Source: Candidatus Methylomirabilis oxygeniifera (GTDB lineage Bacteria; Methylomirabilota; Methylomirabilia; Methylomirabilales; Methylomirabilaceae). From it: a DNA stretch of 32,000 nucleotides. Location of the stretch: positions 570,001 to 602,000 of the forward strand of contig FP565575.1 in NCBI GenBank assembly GCA_000091165.1, in the 5' to 3' direction. This document shows positions 28,650 to 32,000 of the stretch, piece by piece. Every line of letters begins with the position of its first letter. The first letter of the stretch is position 1. The position numbers were made by a program, and so were the translations under genes. A model generated the notes under the pieces. That model saw nothing but the letters and a program-made list of their open reading frames with translations. It did not search any database and was not told the origin of the DNA.

Positions 28650-29762
28650 ATGAGTGGAGCGACTGAACCCTTAAAGCGTACCCCGCTGTTCGAGATGCAC
28701 CGTTGTCTGGGCGCCAGGATGGTGGCCTTTGGCGGCTGGGAGATGCCGGTGCAGTATGCCGGGATTCTGGAGGAGCATCGCGCCGTCAGGGAGCGGGCGG
28801 GTCTGTTCGATGTGTCGCATATGGGGGAGATCGAGATCACGGGACCCGGCGCCTTGGACGCGATTCAGCGCCTCACCCCGAATGATGCGTCTCGGCTCTC
28901 TGTCGGAGAGGTGCAATATTCCGCATTGACCACCCCAGAGGGGACATTCGTAGATGACATCACCGTGTATAAGTTTGCGGATGACCGCTACGGTGTAACG
29001 GTGAACGCCGCGAATATCGAGAAGGACTATGCCTGGATCCGCGAGCACGTGCCATCAGGTGTTGAGGTCAGGAATGCCAGCGATGACAGGGCTCTTCTGG
29101 CCATTCAGGGACCCAGGGCGCAGGAGATCCTGGGGAAGCTGACCTCCGTGGAGTTGGGAACACTGAGGTACTTCCGGTTTGTCGAAGGGCAAGCGATCGG
29201 CATCGACTGCTGCATCTCCCGAACAGGGTACACCGGTGAGGACGGCTTCGAGGTCTATATTCCACCGCAGCATACCGTTACCCTCTGGAATGCCCTCCTC
29301 GAGGCAGGGACACCGGTGGGACTGCAACCCTGTGGCCTCGGCGCCCGCGATACGCTGCGCCTGGAGGCCAAGATGGCTCTGTACGGTCAGGACATCGACG
29401 ACCGCCACACCGTTCTGGAGGCGGACCTCGGCTGGATCGTGAAGCTGGAGAAGGGGGAGTTCATCGGCCGCGAGGCGCTTGCGCGGCAGAAAGCGGCTGG
29501 GATCAGCCGGAAGCTGGTGGGGTTCGAGATGTGCGGCCGGGGGATCGCCCGTCCCCACTATGCGATTGTCAATGGGAGTCAGCCGATCGGCGAGGTGACC
29601 AGCGGCGGTCCCTCGCCCTCGCTCGGGAAGAACATCGGGCTGGGGTATGTGGCGGTGCAGCACGCGGCCATCGGAACCGAGTTCGACATCGTGATCCGCG
29701 GCCAGCCTGTCGCTGCGAGGGTTGTTCGAACTCCTTTCTATAAGCGACAAAGGGATTCATAG
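28650..29762 (+). CDS. gcvT: Glycine cleavage system aminomethyltransferase (T protein)
   Basis: 370 aa. RTPLFEMH, GWEMPVQY, GLFDVSHMGEIEITG and ISRTGYTGEDGFE motifs. Confidence 0.96.
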   Translation: MSGATEPLKRTPLFEMHRCLGARMVAFGGWEMPVQYAGILEEHRAVRERAGLFDVSHMGEIEITGPGALDAIQRLTPNDASRLSVGEVQYSALTTPEGTFVDDITVYKFADDRYGVTVNAANIEKDYAWIREHVPSGVEVRNASDDRALLAIQGPRAQEILGKLTSVELGTLRYFRFVEGQAIGIDCCISRTGYTGEDGFEVYIPPQHTVTLWNALLEAGTPVGLQPCGLGARDTLRLEAKMALYGQDIDDRHTVLEADLGWIVKLEKGEFIGREALARQKAAGISRKLVGFEMCGRGIARPHYAIVNGSQPIGEVTSGGPSPSLGKNIGLGYVAVQHAAIGTEFDIVIRGQPVAARVVRTPFYKRQRDS

Positions 29763-29826
29763 CCGATAGTTCATAGATCAAATCCCCCTCGACCCCCCTT
29801 TATTAAAGGGGGGAACGGGGGGATTT
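29762..29826. repeat. Degenerate heptads plus C6/G6 double-hairpin REP-like element (copy C)
   Basis: gccgata gttcata gatcaaa, then aaatccccc-tcga-cccccc-ttt-att-aaa-gggggg-aac-gggggg-attt (29780-29826). Lies between gcvT and gcvH. Confidence 0.8.
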
Positions 29827-29868
29827 CGGCTGTCAACTGTGCACTGTGAACCTTAGGAGGAGGTGATC

Positions 29869-30255
29869 ATGGTTCCTGAGGGGTTGCATTATACGAAAGC
29901 GCACGAATGGATCAAGGTTGAGGGGGATCGTGGACGTATCGGGATCACCCACTTTGCCCAGAGCCAACTCGGCGACATTGTGTTCGCCGAGTTGCCGCAG
30001 GTCGGGAGGGTCCTGCATCAGATGGAGGCGTTCGGTGTCGTCGAGTCGGTGAAGGCCGTCTCCGACCTGTACTGTCCGCTGACCGGTGAGGTGCTTGAGG
30101 TCAATTCCTCGCTCGAATCGAGCCCGGAGCAGATCAACGCCGATCCCTACGGAGGGGGATGGATCATCGCGGTACACATCGCTGATCCCAGGGAGCTGGC
30201 GAATCTGATGTCCGCTGAGGAGTACAAAGCCTTTCTGGCGGCGGAGGAGCACTGA
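29869..30255 (+). CDS. gcvH: Glycine cleavage system H protein (lipoyl carrier)
   Basis: MVPEGLHYTKAHEWIKVEGD... with the lipoyl-lysine context VESVKAVSDLY. ATG 29869 sits 8 nt after GGAGG and is preferred over the GTG at 29863. Confidence 0.95.
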   Translation: MVPEGLHYTKAHEWIKVEGDRGRIGITHFAQSQLGDIVFAELPQVGRVLHQMEAFGVVESVKAVSDLYCPLTGEVLEVNSSLESSPEQINADPYGGGWIIAVHIADPRELANLMSAEEYKAFLAAEEH

Positions 30256-31604
30256 TGCAGTACATCCCGAATACGGAGGCCGACTGTCGCGCGATGCTGG
30301 ATGCCATCGGCGTCCGGTCAAGCGAGGAGCTGTTTGCCGACATCCCCTCCAAGCTCAAGCTCAAGCGAGGACTGAACCTGGCGCCGCCACTGTCCGAGAC
30401 CGGACTGCGACGGCATATGAAGGAGTTGGCCGGCCGGAACGCGGACGTAGAACAATACCCCTCCTTTTTGGGGGCAGGCGCCTACAATCACTTTATCCCT
30501 GCTGCTGTCTCCCACCTGGTGTTCAGATCGGAGTTCTACACCGCGTATACGCCCTACCAGCCGGAGCTGTCGCAGGGGACACTCCAGGCGATCTACGAGT
30601 ACCAGACGCTGATCTGCCAGCTTACCGGCATGGAGGTAGCCAACGCGTCGATGTATGACGGTTCCAGCGCCCTGGCCGAGGCGGTGCTGATGGCTCACAG
30701 GATCAACGGCCGCCAAGAAGTGGTGCTGCCCATGGCCGTGCACCCGGAGTACCGGACGGTATGCCGCACCTACGTGAGCAAGCTTGGCATCGATCTGCAC
30801 GAGGCGCCCTATACGGACGAGGGTACGACCGACCTGAAACAGGTGAAGGCGGCGCTGTCGGATCGCACCTGCGCCGTTGTGGTCCAGAGCCCGAACTTCT
30901 TCGGAGTTCTGGAGTCGCTCGATGAGCTTGCGGAGGCCGCTCGCCGCGTCGGGGCGCTCCTGATCGTGGTTGTAGCCGAGCCGGTCTCGTTCGGCATCGT
31001 CCGATCCCCGGGCGAGTGCGGGGCGGACATCGTTGTGGGGGAGGGTCAGGCGTTCGGAAATCCTCTGAACTTCGGCGGTCCCTATCTTGGTTTCTTCGCG
31101 TCGAAACAGGCCTATGTCCGCAGTATGCCGGGTCGTTTAGTCGGCCGGACCGAGGATAAGGTCGGGAGGCCGGGTTACGTCCTGACACTGTCTACCCGAG
31201 AACAACATATTAGGCGGGAGAAGGCGACGTCCAACATCTGCACGAACGAAGGGTTGTGCGCCCTGGCTGCGACCGTTCACCTGTCGCTATTGGGGCGAGC
31301 CGGGCTCAGGGAGCTGGCCCTGCTGAACCTCCGCAAGACGGCCTATGCCAAAGACGCGATCTCTCAACTCCGCGATTACGAGCTTCCGTTTGCGGGTCCT
31401 ACCTTCAATGAGTTTGTGGTGCGGGTGAAAAGGCGGACCCCGGCCCAGGTGAATCGCGCGCTGCTGGCCAAAGGCATTATCGGCGGTGTGGAGCTGGGCC
31501 GGTTCTACCCGGAGCTTTCGGATTGCCTGCTCCTCTGCGTGACGGAGCAAAACAGTCGCGAGGAGATCGACGCGCTCTGTAAGGCAATGGGAGGTAAGCG
31601 ATGA
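30255..31604 (+). CDS. gcvPA: Glycine dehydrogenase (decarboxylating) subunit 1
   Basis: 449 aa. FLGAGAYNHFIPA and YTPYQPELSQGTLQAIYEYQT motifs. TGATG overlap with the gcvH stop. Confidence 0.95.
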   Translation: MQYIPNTEADCRAMLDAIGVRSSEELFADIPSKLKLKRGLNLAPPLSETGLRRHMKELAGRNADVEQYPSFLGAGAYNHFIPAAVSHLVFRSEFYTAYTPYQPELSQGTLQAIYEYQTLICQLTGMEVANASMYDGSSALAEAVLMAHRINGRQEVVLPMAVHPEYRTVCRTYVSKLGIDLHEAPYTDEGTTDLKQVKAALSDRTCAVVVQSPNFFGVLESLDELAEAARRVGALLIVVVAEPVSFGIVRSPGECGADIVVGEGQAFGNPLNFGGPYLGFFASKQAYVRSMPGRLVGRTEDKVGRPGYVLTLSTREQHIRREKATSNICTNEGLCALAATVHLSLLGRAGLRELALLNLRKTAYAKDAISQLRDYELPFAGPTFNEFVVRVKRRTPAQVNRALLAKGIIGGVELGRFYPELSDCLLLCVTEQNSREEIDALCKAMGGKR

Positions 31605-32000
31605 CGGATGAGGTGCGAGGCAAATCCCCCCTCGCCCCCCTTTACGAAAGGGGGGATGGGGGGTTTTCATGCGGGCCAAGTGCCACAGGCGAGAACGAGG
31701 AGGTCGTTGCCCAGGGACTCGCCTTCAATGAGCCGCTCCTGTTTGATCAGGGATCACGGGGGCGGGTGGGCTGTACACTTCCTGAGTGCGACGTTCCGGA
31801 GCTGAAACCGGAGCGGCTGCTTCCCAGAAAGCTTCTCCGGCACGACATCCCCGGTTTCCCTGAACTCTCCGAGGTCGAGGTGGTCCGGCATTTTACGCGG
31901 CTATCACAATGGAATTACGGAGTCGATACGGGCTTCTACCCATTGGGCTCCTGCACCATGAAGTACAACCCGAAGATCAATGAGGAGGTGTGGCGGCTGC
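31601..32000 (+). CDS. gcvPB: Glycine dehydrogenase (decarboxylating) subunit 2, 5' part (runs off the window); the N-terminus appears to include a translated REP element
   Basis: The frame is open from ATG 31601 to the window end. GGGAGG SD 6 nt upstream, and ATGA overlap with the gcvPA stop. It encodes ...EPLLFDQGSRGRVG...LPELSEVEVVRHFTRLSQWNYGVDTGFYPLGSCTMKYNPKINE, typical of GcvPB. The ORF is not in the supplied track because it has no stop in the window. Confidence 0.85.
   Translation, partial: MTDEVRGKSPLAPLYERGDGGFSCGPSATGENEEVVAQGLAFNEPLLFDQGSRGRVGCTLPECDVPELKPERLLPRKLLRHDIPGFPELSEVEVVRHFTRLSQWNYGVDTGFYPLGSCTMKYNPKINEEVWRL
31622..31667. repeat. C6/G6 double-hairpin REP-like element (copy D), inside the gcvPB 5' coding region
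   Basis: aaatcccccc-tcg-cccccc-ttt-acg-aaa-gggggg-at-gggggg-tttt. It shares the right flank ggttttcatgcg with copy B2 (25519-25530). Confidence 0.85.

Noticed and set aside
31608-31805. 65-aa ORF MRCEANPPSPPFTKGGMGGF..., plus the similar REP-encoded ORFs 11933-12145 and 11968-12183.
   Set aside because: Their PPF.KGG.GG peptides are simply translations of the palindromic repeat. The 31608 ORF overlaps the conserved gcvPB frame.

Overview
Dense bacterial chromosomal segment of roughly 60% G+C, mostly housekeeping genes. In order it holds: rpsB-tsf-pyrH-frr-cdsA-lnt-prfB (prfB carries the classic +1 frameshift), two small membrane proteins, an M23 peptidase and secA. Next come a thiolase/DUF35/C-N-hydrolase/DUF1015 block and a minus-strand block of folE, moaB, a Pup/UBact-like gene and an FmdB zinc-ribbon gene. 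These are followed by a PPi-type phosphofructokinase, tRNA-Gly(CCC), a CCA-adding-enzyme family gene, a DUF1858 protein, cysE and glgC. The window ends with a type III PKS - methyltransferase - FAD oxidoreductase operon with a divergent low-GC methyltransferase, then the glycine cleavage operon gcvT-gcvH-gcvPA-gcvPB (gcvPB is cut by the window end). No transposase, integrase, CRISPR or recognisable defence genes are visible. Six things deserve a second look: (1) the phenolic-lipid-type PKS cluster with its compositionally foreign methyltransferase; (2) a stand-alone Pup-like gene ending in GGE, with none of the usual pupylation or proteasome neighbours; (3) a nitrilase-superfamily gene whose nucleophile Cys is replaced by Ser, translationally coupled to a thiolase/DUF35 pair; (4) a C6/G6 double-hairpin REP-like repeat family, one copy of which appears to be translated in frame inside the 5' end of gcvPB; (5) heptanucleotide TGANNGC arrays that place stop codons in all three frames directly upstream of several start codons; (6) a second hairpin repeat family upstream of promoters. 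lnt, split GcvP, PPi-PFK and Pup/UBact suggest a non-actinobacterial diderm lineage such as Nitrospirae or NC10, but that is only a guess from gene content. All protein calls rest on motif recognition by eye; no searches were run.
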